Positions 9,242-16,992 of a stretch of 64,000 bases of DNA are shown here, in pieces; the stretch's first letter is position 1, and each line of letters opens with the position of its first letter. The position numbers were made by a program, and so were the translations under genes. Where the stretch lies: IMG/VR virus record IMGVR_UViG_3300013004_000031, positions 1 to 64,000 of that record; one strand, given 5' to 3'. The notes beneath the pieces were generated by a model. It saw only the letters and a list, made by a program, of their open reading frames with translations. It was not told where the DNA came from and did no database searches. Origin of the DNA: an uncultured virus (IMG/VR IMGVR_UViG_3300013004_000031) (lineage: Duplodnaviria > Heunggongvirae > Uroviricota > Caudoviricetes).

Positions 9242-9938
9242 GCGATGATAAGATGTATTCCATCTCAAAATCCCCACTCTTCGTGATGATGCAACCAACT
9301 CCCAGCTTGGAATTGATCTTGAACACATTTCCGTTCTTGGATACCTTGGAAAGCAATTTGAGATTATCAATCTTCAGAATGAATGATTCCAATTCAAAAT
9401 CCACTTCATCCCCCACGATGCTCAGAGTGTCACTGTTGGGAACCGTCTCATCGCCCAGCTTCCACACCAGAGAATCATTCTCAGTGAAGAGGTAAAGCTT
9501 ATTGGTGTTTGTGATGGATGATTTCTGAAGAACATTGGAAAGGAATTCAAAATCCAAATCAAATTGGAGATTGTATTCAAAATTACGAATCTTTTCCAGA
9601 GACAGCTTCGGTTTGGTGATCACTCCATCTTCGTGGAGATGATACTTGAACTTCAGGGACTTGTCCTTGTATTCCAGATGATTGTTATTCAGCTTGAGCT
9701 TGATATCATCGGAAGAAATCATATCCAAAGCTTTGGAAAGCTTCTTCAAGGATGGTAGATTGAGATTCTGATCCTCATAATCACCTGCAAGGTAAGCATG
9801 GGCATACATGGAATTATCCTCGCTGGAGGCAATCCCATGAATACCATCTTCCCTCAGTTCCAGAACACAGGTGTCATGGATTGTGCCGAGGCTTTGTAGC
9901 AAGAACTGGAACTCTTTCTTTTTCAGGCTTAATTGCAT
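9231..9938 (-). CDS. 45: Sliding clamp (T4 gp45-like)
   Basis: 235 aa with a two-domain clamp-like pattern (F.LKIDNLKLL, C-terminal MEYILS), in the replication context. Confidence 0.75.
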   Translation of the reverse strand: MQLSLKKKEFQFLLQSLGTIHDTCVLELREDGIHGIASSEDNSMYAHAYLAGDYEDQNLNLPSLKKLSKALDMISSDDIKLKLNNNHLEYKDKSLKFKYHLHEDGVITKPKLSLEKIRNFEYNLQFDLDFEFLSNVLQKSSITNTNKLYLFTENDSLVWKLGDETVPNSDTLSIVGDEVDFELESFILKIDNLKLLSKVSKNGNVFKINSKLGVGCIITKSGDFEMEYILSSLKN

Positions 9939-10350
9939 ATTGCTTTTCTATCAGACTATTTTGCTTTGTCAACTTTAAAGAAATCTCTTTCAGTAAATTG
10001 ATGATGATATCTGCCTTGGATGGTTCCAAATTCAGTTCCAATTGCCCGTCATCCACTTTTTGGGGCATGGGAGCATATTGGGGAACTTGTGGAATGGGTT
10101 GAGGGGGATAATATGGCAGTGGAATATTGGTTGCCGCAACATCACCATAATGATGTGTTGGAACGGATTGTTGGGGTGGTTGAATGCGCTCTCGCTTCTG
10201 TTGCTCTTGATATTCTGCGATACCTCTCTTGAGAGTGTTGGTATTGGTAGCCAACTGTGCAGGATTATTGATCATCAACGAATCAATGGCAGCACTCTCC
10301 CCAAGTAGAGCAGCCATCGTTTTATATTCTTCTGGTATGTTCGGATTCAT
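9874..10350 (-). CDS. Pro/Gln-rich hypothetical protein
   Basis: ORF between gp32 and gp45. Confidence 0.65.
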   Translation of the reverse strand: MNPNIPEEYKTMAALLGESAAIDSLMINNPAQLATNTNTLKRGIAEYQEQQKRERIQPPQQSVPTHHYGDVAATNIPLPYYPPQPIPQVPQYAPMPQKVDDGQLELNLEPSKADIIINLLKEISLKLTKQNSLIEKQYAIKPEKERVPVLATKPRHNP

Positions 10351-10356
10351 ATATTT

Positions 10357-10393
10357 AAAAAGGAAACCCTCCCCACCGACTTGATGGGGAGGG
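10357..10393 (-). terminator. Rho-independent terminator after gp32
   Basis: CCCTCCCCA/TGGGGAGGG stem followed by TTTCCTTTTT on the minus strand. Confidence 0.8.
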
Positions 10394-10400
10394 AATCGGG

Positions 10401-11309
10401 TTAATCGTCTAGTCCTGCAAGAAGTTCGTCAATATCGTCGTCCTCCTGCTTCTCAACTTTCTTTGGTTTTGCCGCTGGTTTCTTTTCCTCATGTTTCATG
10501 GGAATTTCATCCTTGTCCTCGTCTTCAACCGCTTCTTTCTTGGCTTGTTTCAGAGTCTTGCGCTCTTCCTTTTCTTCGCCAACGAAGAAGTGTTCGTTAA
10601 GGACTTCCTGAAGCTCATCATAGGTCTTCACGGAATACACAGCTTCCAGATCATGGATTTCCGAACAAATCTTTTCAATCTCTTCCTCATCCAGAACAGT
10701 CTTAGATTTGGTTGTGATAAAGGAAGATTCAAAGGTTGTGTAGTCCCCTTTCTTCTCTGCCACGATCTTGAAATCATGTCCCTTGGTAGGGTCGAAGATG
10801 TCCCAACCAAGTTCATCGGAACGCTCCCCTTCGGTTGCATCATCAATGATCTTCTTGAGTTGTGGTCCCATGCGAAGAATCTTCACCGTGCCATTGTTCT
10901 CTGGCTTTGCGGGATCGTTGATCACATAGACATTCACAAGCCATTGCTCCTTTTGGGAGATGTCCGCACTGTATTCCCTGTTCTCAGCCTTTGGATTTGC
11001 TTCTTTCCAGCTTTTGAAAAGTTTCCAACGAAGCTCCGCAATTGGATCACGATCTCCCATGGTTTGAAGTCCAAGGAAGCTTGTGTATTTACCACTCGCC
11101 TTGCTGGTGAATCCATGCACCCAATGATGAAACAGACTCTTCTCAGGGTCTTCCACGTTGGGAATCAACCTAAGCGTGTAGGTGTGTCCTGCTGGGAAGC
11201 TCATGATATTGGAGAATTGACCCCCCGATGAATCGTTGTTCTTGTTTAATGCCGCTTTGATCGAATCGAACATAGCTGCGCCGAATTTTGTTTTTTGTTT
11301 TGTTGCCAT
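10401..11309 (-). CDS. 32: Single-stranded DNA binding protein (T4 gp32-like)
   Basis: LRLIP...HGF, NVYVINDPAKPENNGTVK, FDP..G.DFKI, acidic tail DDDIDELLAGLDD. Confidence 0.93.
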   Translation of the reverse strand: MATKQKTKFGAAMFDSIKAALNKNNDSSGGQFSNIMSFPAGHTYTLRLIPNVEDPEKSLFHHWVHGFTSKASGKYTSFLGLQTMGDRDPIAELRWKLFKSWKEANPKAENREYSADISQKEQWLVNVYVINDPAKPENNGTVKILRMGPQLKKIIDDATEGERSDELGWDIFDPTKGHDFKIVAEKKGDYTTFESSFITTKSKTVLDEEEIEKICSEIHDLEAVYSVKTYDELQEVLNEHFFVGEEKEERKTLKQAKKEAVEDEDKDEIPMKHEEKKPAAKPKKVEKQEDDDIDELLAGLDD

Positions 11310-11313
11310 TGTT

Positions 11314-11943
11314 TTATTTTATTTGTTCTTTTATTTTTGTTATTGCTTTGTGAGAGAATTCCTTCATTTTCTTGCTCAGATGAAATTTGTTTTTCGTCTT
11401 TTGAAAAGTGATCCAAAAATCTGAGAATATGAAATCCAGAATCCGATTCTCCACCTCGATTTTTGAGACACCCAAAGAATGCAAAGCATACATATTAATG
11501 TGATGGTTCTTTAGATGGTCAATCATGTTTGGTAGTGACTCTTCTGTATATAAGGGATATTGTTCCAAAGTCAACCCTTTTTCTTTACAAAAGTTCTTAA
11601 TAAATTTGAGACTATCAACCAATCTCTTGAGAGAACTTTCAGAATCAGGATCATCCATCTCAATCTTCTTCATATACTGTGAATATGCCTTTTTAGCTTT
11701 GGAAGTCAAGAAGAATTCCAGATCAAAATAATCATCATCCTCGAAAATCCTATAAGGAGCAGAGAAGTAATCATCAATTTTAATATTATTATAACTGTTG
11801 AAGAACCTTTCCAGAGAAGCAAGGTGATCCAATTTGGATTGATCCATATCGGAGAAGTCCTTACGAATCCGAAATGGTTTGTCGCGCATCTTACGAGAAA
11901 TCGCCAGATGGGAGTTATATATTCTTTTTTGGAAATCAGTCAT
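11314..11943 (-). CDS. 59: Probable helicase loader (T4 gp59-like)
   Basis: Size, position directly upstream of gp32, and a helical pattern (AYSQYMKKI, IDHLKNHHIN) reminiscent of gp59. Similarity is weak. Confidence 0.55.
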   Translation of the reverse strand: MTDFQKRIYNSHLAISRKMRDKPFRIRKDFSDMDQSKLDHLASLERFFNSYNNIKIDDYFSAPYRIFEDDDYFDLEFFLTSKAKKAYSQYMKKIEMDDPDSESSLKRLVDSLKFIKNFCKEKGLTLEQYPLYTEESLPNMIDHLKNHHINMYALHSLGVSKIEVENRILDFIFSDFWITFQKTKNKFHLSKKMKEFSHKAITKIKEQIK

Positions 11944-12256
11944 ACCATTTATTGGTTTTAACGTCGAATGATTTCAACTTTCTCCGTATTCTCCAAGTCT
12001 TCATCGATTTGGATTCTTTTTTAGGTTTTGATAAAAATTCTTTCAAATCTTTCTGGAGAACGAACTTATCATAAAATTCATCCCACGTTTTCTTAGAAGC
12101 ATTTTTCCTTGGTATTCTAGCGGTGGCGGAAATCATAACCTTCTCCCCAACACAGCCTTCTTCATGTGGTGTTCTCCAACCAAAACATTTACATGTTGGG
12201 CAATAATAATTGCGATGGGAATGTTGTGAACCGGAATCTCCTAAATTAAGTTTCAT
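11936..12256 (-). CDS. Hypothetical protein with CxxC
   Basis: YYCPTCKC; start re-assigned to MKLNL. Confidence 0.6.
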   Translation of the reverse strand: MKLNLGDSGSQHSHRNYYCPTCKCFGWRTPHEEGCVGEKVMISATARIPRKNASKKTWDEFYDKFVLQKDLKEFLSKPKKESKSMKTWRIRRKLKSFDVKTNKWYD

Positions 12257-12257
12257 A

Positions 12258-12488
12258 TCAATCCATAATTGCCACAAATGCTGCATGAATGGTTACAGCC
12301 CCATCGTCATCCCTACCTTGATAAGTCACTGCTCCAATATGTCGTAAAAAAACATCACGGGCTAAAAGTCTATTAATTTGATCCTCATAACTTTTCCCAA
12401 GTTGCCACGAATCAAAATGAGGTAGAGATTCAATGTAATCATACACTTCTCTCACTCCTCCACTAATTAAATCGTATTTTTGTATCAT
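12258..12488 (-). CDS. Hypothetical protein
   Basis: ATGA-coupled ORF. Confidence 0.55.
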   Translation of the reverse strand: MIQKYDLISGGVREVYDYIESLPHFDSWQLGKSYEDQINRLLARDVFLRHIGAVTYQGRDDDGAVTIHAAFVAIMD

Positions 12489-12784
12489 CGTCTGTTCTTC
12501 TCTTGATTCTCTCTGATCTTCCTAGCTCTTTCCAATGCCCTCTCAGCAGCCCGTTCGTATTGTTCAGCAGTGGGGAATCCCGCGATCATACCAATACCCA
12601 CATCTTCATATTCTGTTAATTCGCGGATGATTTTTCCATCAGACCTAACCATTCTCAGATGTGGTCGTGGTAAATCGTGTTTTCTCCCATCCATATAACC
12701 GTCACAATACGATTTGATTTGATATTTGATGAAAGAGTTCCATTTGTTTAGACATGGACTTTGGATGCTATAGGTGTATTTCAT
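12485..12784 (-). CDS. Hypothetical protein
   Basis: ATGA-coupled ORF. Confidence 0.6.
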   Translation of the reverse strand: MKYTYSIQSPCLNKWNSFIKYQIKSYCDGYMDGRKHDLPRPHLRMVRSDGKIIRELTEYEDVGIGMIAGFPTAEQYERAAERALERARKIRENQEKNRR

Positions 12785-13215
12785 TGTTCCAAGAGTTCTG
12801 GATTTTCAAATATATTACCACACACCACCCAATATGTCCAGTCGCATAAATTTACAAAATTATCATGCAGTGGAGATGGCGATCCATGTAAATTATTGAC
12901 ATTGTTATGGACGAAACAACATTCTTTATCATTCCAACCAACCACAATTTTACAAAAAGACCCATTACCCACCCTCTCAAGGATATCCCCATCATAAATC
13001 TCTTTGTTGTTTTTGTCTATCAATCCAGTGAATTGTTGAAGAACGTAATCATCGGAACAATCAACATCTCCACAATGTTTAAAATCTCCACGCAACTTGC
13101 CGTTCAATTGTAAATAGAATTTTTCAGCATATTCTCCATTCATTATCGGAGTCGAAGATGGGTAAAACATCTCTTTATATAGAATATTCCAAATCCTGAA
13201 TTTTATATCTCTCAT
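12781..13215 (-). CDS. YopX family protein
   Basis: MRDIKFRIW...QFTGLIDKNNKEIYDGDI...GNIFENPELL. Confidence 0.9.
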   Translation of the reverse strand: MRDIKFRIWNILYKEMFYPSSTPIMNGEYAEKFYLQLNGKLRGDFKHCGDVDCSDDYVLQQFTGLIDKNNKEIYDGDILERVGNGSFCKIVVGWNDKECCFVHNNVNNLHGSPSPLHDNFVNLCDWTYWVVCGNIFENPELLEQ

Positions 13216-13499
13216 TTCTTTTTAACTTTTTTCTGCTCGGAACGAACATACTTGGTGACAAATTTACTCTTCGAAATTGTGCTGTCTTGATCCAAAAACA
13301 CCTTAACAAGCTCCTGATCAGAGTCAAGGGACAATATCGTTTTCAGGATCGTTTTCAGCTTCTCCTCTTGGAGAGTTGTCACGAAAACGTTCTGGATGGA
13401 TAATTTCTTACCTTTGATGTTATTTACGAAAGTGCAATAACAGAGAAATAAGTGGTTCTGTTCATTTTCTATTATATTTGAGGAGGGGTCGTATATCAT
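13212..13499 (-). CDS. Hypothetical protein; its 5' ~29 codons lie inside the TnpB cassette (recoded copy)
   Basis: The N-terminus MIYDPSSNIIENEQNHLFLCYCTFVNNIKG is paralogous to the truncated ORF at 14941. Confidence 0.8.
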   Translation of the reverse strand: MIYDPSSNIIENEQNHLFLCYCTFVNNIKGKKLSIQNVFVTTLQEEKLKTILKTILSLDSDQELVKVFLDQDSTISKSKFVTKYVRSEQKKVKKK

Positions 13500-13501
13500 A
13501 A

Positions 13502-13549
13502 TTAAATTGCGTGGGGTTGTTCGATAGATGAATCAAATAGGCGTTTCAT
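13502..13549 (-). CDS. Putative 15-aa leader ORF (MKRLFDSSIEQPHAI)
   Basis: ATG lies 6 nt after the TATAGT -10 element; the stop lies 2 nt before the ATG of the 13212-13499 gene. Confidence 0.35.
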   Translation of the reverse strand: MKRLFDSSIEQPHAI

Positions 13550-13555
13550 ATATAT

Positions 13556-13583
13556 ACTATAATCTATTTTTCACCGAAGTCAA
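13556..13583 (-). promoter_or_regulatory. Sigma70-like promoter inside the TnpB cassette, facing the rescued gene
   Basis: TTGACT-16 nt-TATAGT. Confidence 0.65.
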
Positions 13584-13633
13584 ATTAAATTACGATATTT
13601 CATAAAATATTAAGAAAAAGACTAAATAATAAC

Positions 13634-14851
13634 ATAGAAGAGGAAATTACATACCAAGCTTTCAAATTCAGAATCTATCCGTTAGATTCTCAGAAGGAAT
13701 TACTAGCAAAGCATTTTGGATGCTCTCGATTTATTTATAATTATTTTCTAAAAGAGAAACAAGATCATTATTTGAATAATGGCAAAACTTTAAATTATAA
13801 TTATTGTTGTTCTGGTGTTAAAAAATTAAAAGACTCTGATGAATATTCATGGCTCAAAAAAGTCAATTCACAAACACTACAACAATCTTTAAAAAATCTT
13901 GAGACTGCGTATGGCAATTTTTTCCGTAAGAAATCTAAATTTCCAAAATTTAAAAAGAAATCAAACCAACAATCATTTGGGGTTTGCCAAGGAGTTAAAA
14001 TAAAAAATAATAATAAATTACAAATTTATAAATTTAAAGAAGGAATACCGATTCATCTCCATCGTAAATTGGAAGGAAAAATCAAATCAGCAACAATTTC
14101 CAAAACGCCCACCGATAAATATTTTGCTTCCATCCTTTGTGAAGTCCCCAAGAAATCTAAACCAAAGACTGGTAAGACTTTGGGTATTGACTTGGGTATT
14201 ACAGATTTCATAGTAACAAGCGATGGGGAGAAAGTAAAAAATCCCAAATTCAATCATTCTTTAAAACAAAAGCTTTCAAAAGCTCAAAAACATTTAAGTA
14301 GGAAAACGAAAGGTAGCAATAGATACAAAAGACAAAGAAAAAAAGTAGCGAGAATCCACGAGAAGATAACCAATTCTCGGAAGGATTTCCAACACAAATT
14401 AAGCACTCGTTTGATTAACGAGTATGATATGATTTCTTTAGAATCTCTGGCTGTTAAGAACATGATTAAGAATGTAAATCTTTCTTATAGTATTCAAGAT
14501 AGCTCTTGGAGTTCTTTTATATCAATGTTGGAATATAAAGCCAAGTGGTATGGTAAGGAGATTAGGAAGATTGATAGATGGTATCCTAGTTCCAAGACCT
14601 GCCATAAGTGTGATTATATTATCGATAAGCTACCTTTGTCAGTGAGGCGTTGGATATGTCCCAAGTGTGGTGAGAACCATGACAGGGACATCAACGCCGC
14701 AAAAAACATTCATCGTCAGGGATTGGCGATTACAGATGTGGAGATGGAAGCTCTGGTTGCCAGCAATGGCGACGAAACTACTGTCTGTGAAGCGTCTAAA
14801 AAGAAGTCTTATAGACTAAGACTGAAGCCGCTGGGTCTTGCCCATCGGTAG
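13634..14851 (+). CDS. tnpB: TnpB RNA-guided endonuclease
   Basis: HTH (AFKFRIYP..Q...FG.SRF.YN) lies upstream of the track start. RuvC-I GIDLG, RuvC-II SLESL, zinc finger CHKC/CPKC and RuvC-III DRDINAA are present. There is no in-frame ATG; ATA at 13634 is the likely start. Confidence 0.93.
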   Translation: MEEEITYQAFKFRIYPLDSQKELLAKHFGCSRFIYNYFLKEKQDHYLNNGKTLNYNYCCSGVKKLKDSDEYSWLKKVNSQTLQQSLKNLETAYGNFFRKKSKFPKFKKKSNQQSFGVCQGVKIKNNNKLQIYKFKEGIPIHLHRKLEGKIKSATISKTPTDKYFASILCEVPKKSKPKTGKTLGIDLGITDFIVTSDGEKVKNPKFNHSLKQKLSKAQKHLSRKTKGSNRYKRQRKKVARIHEKITNSRKDFQHKLSTRLINEYDMISLESLAVKNMIKNVNLSYSIQDSSWSSFISMLEYKAKWYGKEIRKIDRWYPSSKTCHKCDYIIDKLPLSVRRWICPKCGENHDRDINAAKNIHRQGLAITDVEMEALVASNGDETTVCEASKKKSYRLRLKPLGLAHR

Positions 14852-14876
14852 TTCACCTTTGAGATGGTTCACGAAG
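14725..14876 (+). ncRNA. Putative omegaRNA (reRNA) scaffold plus ~20-nt guide
   Basis: Hairpins GTTGCCA-GCAA-TGGCGAC, AGTCT-TAT-AGACT and CCGcTGGG-TCTTG-CCCAtCGG, then GTTCAC. The guide would be CTTTGAGATGGTTCACGAAG. The 5' end is approximate. Confidence 0.65.
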
Positions 14877-14941
14877 GAACAATAACAAATGAATAAGTGA
14901 TCGCTCTCGCTTTCTATAATTGCAGATGAAGGATTGCTCAT
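14816..14941 (-). pseudogene. Truncated original 5' end of the gene interrupted by the TnpB cassette
   Basis: MSNPSSAIIESESDHLFICYCSFVNHLKG, then runs into element sequence and stops. It is ATGA-coupled to the upstream gene. Confidence 0.8.
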
Positions 14942-15627
14942 AATTCTATTGTTTCTATGTGAATATTGTTTTCAAAAAGCGGTTGGAAATGACTCCAATT
15001 TTTATGAAATTGATTTAGACCAGAATTGTCAAATAAACCCACTTGATATCTAATACCTTTCAATGGGAATGTGTCCCTATTGATATTTTGGAACTCAATT
15101 GGAGGAGATTTACCATCAAAACGAATATCGATATTTTCATCATATTGTCTCCGCACCATCTCACATAATTGTCGGTTGGAAGAAAAATGGATAACATTTT
15201 TACCGTTGAAAGCTTCCCAAGCAGCCAGCGTCAACAAGAAAATGGATACACCTTTTCGTCTGGTAAAGGTGAGATAATTATACCCTTCAATATAACCACG
15301 AAACATCGTTTTTTGATCATAATTGATCGGATATCCATTAAAATTCTCAAAGAACTTATAGAATTCCCCCGTGGGATTAGGATTATTAGGCTTTGGTGTA
15401 TAGAACTCCCCAAGATATACCGATCCTTCATACGGATTATCATTATTCCATGCCAGAAACAGCATATGAGATATCCTTCGCACGTTATCCCAATCCTTTG
15501 GTTGTTTTTCCGCTGGATAGAATTTCTCAGAGATTTTAGACACTTCGGAGACGAATCGCAATTCCTCCCCCATTACCTTATTGGGGTTGTGTTTCTCGTT
15601 GATGTGTTGTATTTCGTATAATTTCAT
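14938..15627 (-). CDS. Hypothetical protein, possible degenerate P-loop (terminase-like) C-terminal part
   Basis: TRRKGVS...AAWEA..KNV...LKG...FDN loosely resembles terminase ATPase motifs. Confidence 0.5.
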   Translation of the reverse strand: MKLYEIQHINEKHNPNKVMGEELRFVSEVSKISEKFYPAEKQPKDWDNVRRISHMLFLAWNNDNPYEGSVYLGEFYTPKPNNPNPTGEFYKFFENFNGYPINYDQKTMFRGYIEGYNYLTFTRRKGVSIFLLTLAAWEAFNGKNVIHFSSNRQLCEMVRRQYDENIDIRFDGKSPPIEFQNINRDTFPLKGIRYQVGLFDNSGLNQFHKNWSHFQPLFENNIHIETIEL

Positions 15628-15629
15628 TA

Positions 15630-16112
15630 TTATTCAGGATTTCCAAAGTTAATTTCTCGTTTCTCCCCACAAGCATCAAACCAATGATGATTTTTGGGTT
15701 TCAGATATTTATAGAATGCTCCTTGAGGGCGCATCTTCCGCTTTCTAGCACAATACAGAAGACAACCATCGTCTCCCGCATCATTCAGAGATTGTTCCAA
15801 CAGATTCCATTCATCAAGCTCCTCACAATCACCGCAAGCCCACCAGAAAAAGTCATTGCAATTGATGAAGCACTTCACTTCCCCATCTTTCAATGTGAGA
15901 TAACGATAATCTTCCACTTTCTCCAGTAGAGTTCTCTGATTATCTTCCAGAGAGTAGAACCATTTTTCAAATGCTATGGTATTGTCTATGATTTTTGACA
16001 GACAAGCGTTCCACCCCTCTTGCCATTCGGTTCTTTCGGTAATAATCCCATCCTTTGTGGTTGATTTGGGATATCCGCCGATGCTATCCAGTGCTGTTTC
16101 GTAAAAGTTCAT
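15630..16112 (-). CDS. Hypothetical protein
   Basis: NCNDFFWWACGDCE...LYCARKRKMRPQ; packed ORF. Confidence 0.7.
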   Translation of the reverse strand: MNFYETALDSIGGYPKSTTKDGIITERTEWQEGWNACLSKIIDNTIAFEKWFYSLEDNQRTLLEKVEDYRYLTLKDGEVKCFINCNDFFWWACGDCEELDEWNLLEQSLNDAGDDGCLLYCARKRKMRPQGAFYKYLKPKNHHWFDACGEKREINFGNPE

Positions 16113-16969
16113 ATTTCAGTTAAGGTTTCACTAAATTTCAAAAATTCCTTGGTGATTTTGCCTCCCGATGCCCATTCGCCCCCACCACCATCACAAAGAG
16201 TAGCAGCCATTTTAGCAATGTCAACCTCCGACCCCTTGTATCTCCTAAAAGAAATGAATTGTGTATCCGCATTCATCACGATAACCACATCTCCATGATA
16301 AGAATCCATAATAGCACCCGCTATTTCATTTACGGAGAACTTGGATATGGTCGAAATAACCTTGAATTCCTCCCATTCACCAAAATATAGAGTGATTTCT
16401 TCCAATTCCTTTTCCAATTCTTTAAAAAATCCATCTGCCAATTTGACTTCTGATGCCGTGAACCCATCAAAACCGTTCCAGAACCTATTTACAAAATTAA
16501 TGAAACGGTTTCCACCGGATTTCCTATACAATGCATTCAAATACTTGGTTTCTTCGTGTTTTAGATCATAAGAATTATAATCATCCACATAAAGGAAGAA
16601 TTTCTTCAAATTCTTGGTAAATTCCACCTTTTCTTTGAATTTTTTATATAACATCTTGGTGCAAGATGAGCATTCTTCCTGAATCATGGTGGAATCCCAC
16701 GTTTTGAAGTCTTCAGGACGGTCTGAAACGAACACCACACGATGGTCATCAATCTTTTTGATAAGATTTTGATCTAGAACCATGCCGACGATGAAGATTT
16801 TATCATAGTCCTCTGCGTTTTCCTTAGCCCATGGTAGGTATTGCTCTTCAAATTTGCCGAAGAAGCAGTGACGATACTCAAAATTTTTGAAAATGTTCCC
16901 CAATAGAATTGTTGATCCAATTCCATCCAAATCAGAGTTGACCCAAGCAAAAACACGCGACATATTCAT
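16109..16969 (-). CDS. DHH/DHHA1-family protein (degenerate motifs)
   Basis: NSDLDG motif I, DDYNSY, ISFR and GGGGEWASGG (GGGHxxAxG-like). Confidence 0.7.
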   Translation of the reverse strand: MNMSRVFAWVNSDLDGIGSTILLGNIFKNFEYRHCFFGKFEEQYLPWAKENAEDYDKIFIVGMVLDQNLIKKIDDHRVVFVSDRPEDFKTWDSTMIQEECSSCTKMLYKKFKEKVEFTKNLKKFFLYVDDYNSYDLKHEETKYLNALYRKSGGNRFINFVNRFWNGFDGFTASEVKLADGFFKELEKELEEITLYFGEWEEFKVISTISKFSVNEIAGAIMDSYHGDVVIVMNADTQFISFRRYKGSEVDIAKMAATLCDGGGGEWASGGKITKEFLKFSETLTEI

Positions 16970-16992
16970 AATTAATAATTTTTATGGGTTTG

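Larger units (their letters stand above)
13412..14856 (+). mobile_element. IS200/IS605-derived TnpB cassette without tnpA
   Basis: The right end reads ...hairpin-GTAGTTCAC at 14856. The left boundary follows TTAC (13408-13411). Joining the flanks restores a continuous reading frame of the host gene. Confidence 0.75.

Noticed and set aside
10491..11231. 246-aa plus-strand ORF opposite gp32
   Set aside because: Antisense shadow; its Phe/Leu-rich composition mirrors the Lys/Glu codons of gp32.
13412..14856. TnpB element as an IStron or a Cas12/CRISPR locus
   Set aside because: No group I intron core or repeat-spacer array is visible, and tnpB is antisense to the interrupted gene.
14866..14872. 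Second GTTCAC just downstream as an alternative element end or mini-array repeat
   Set aside because: It falls within the VNH codons of the truncated host gene, and homology to the rescue copy extends through it back to 14857.
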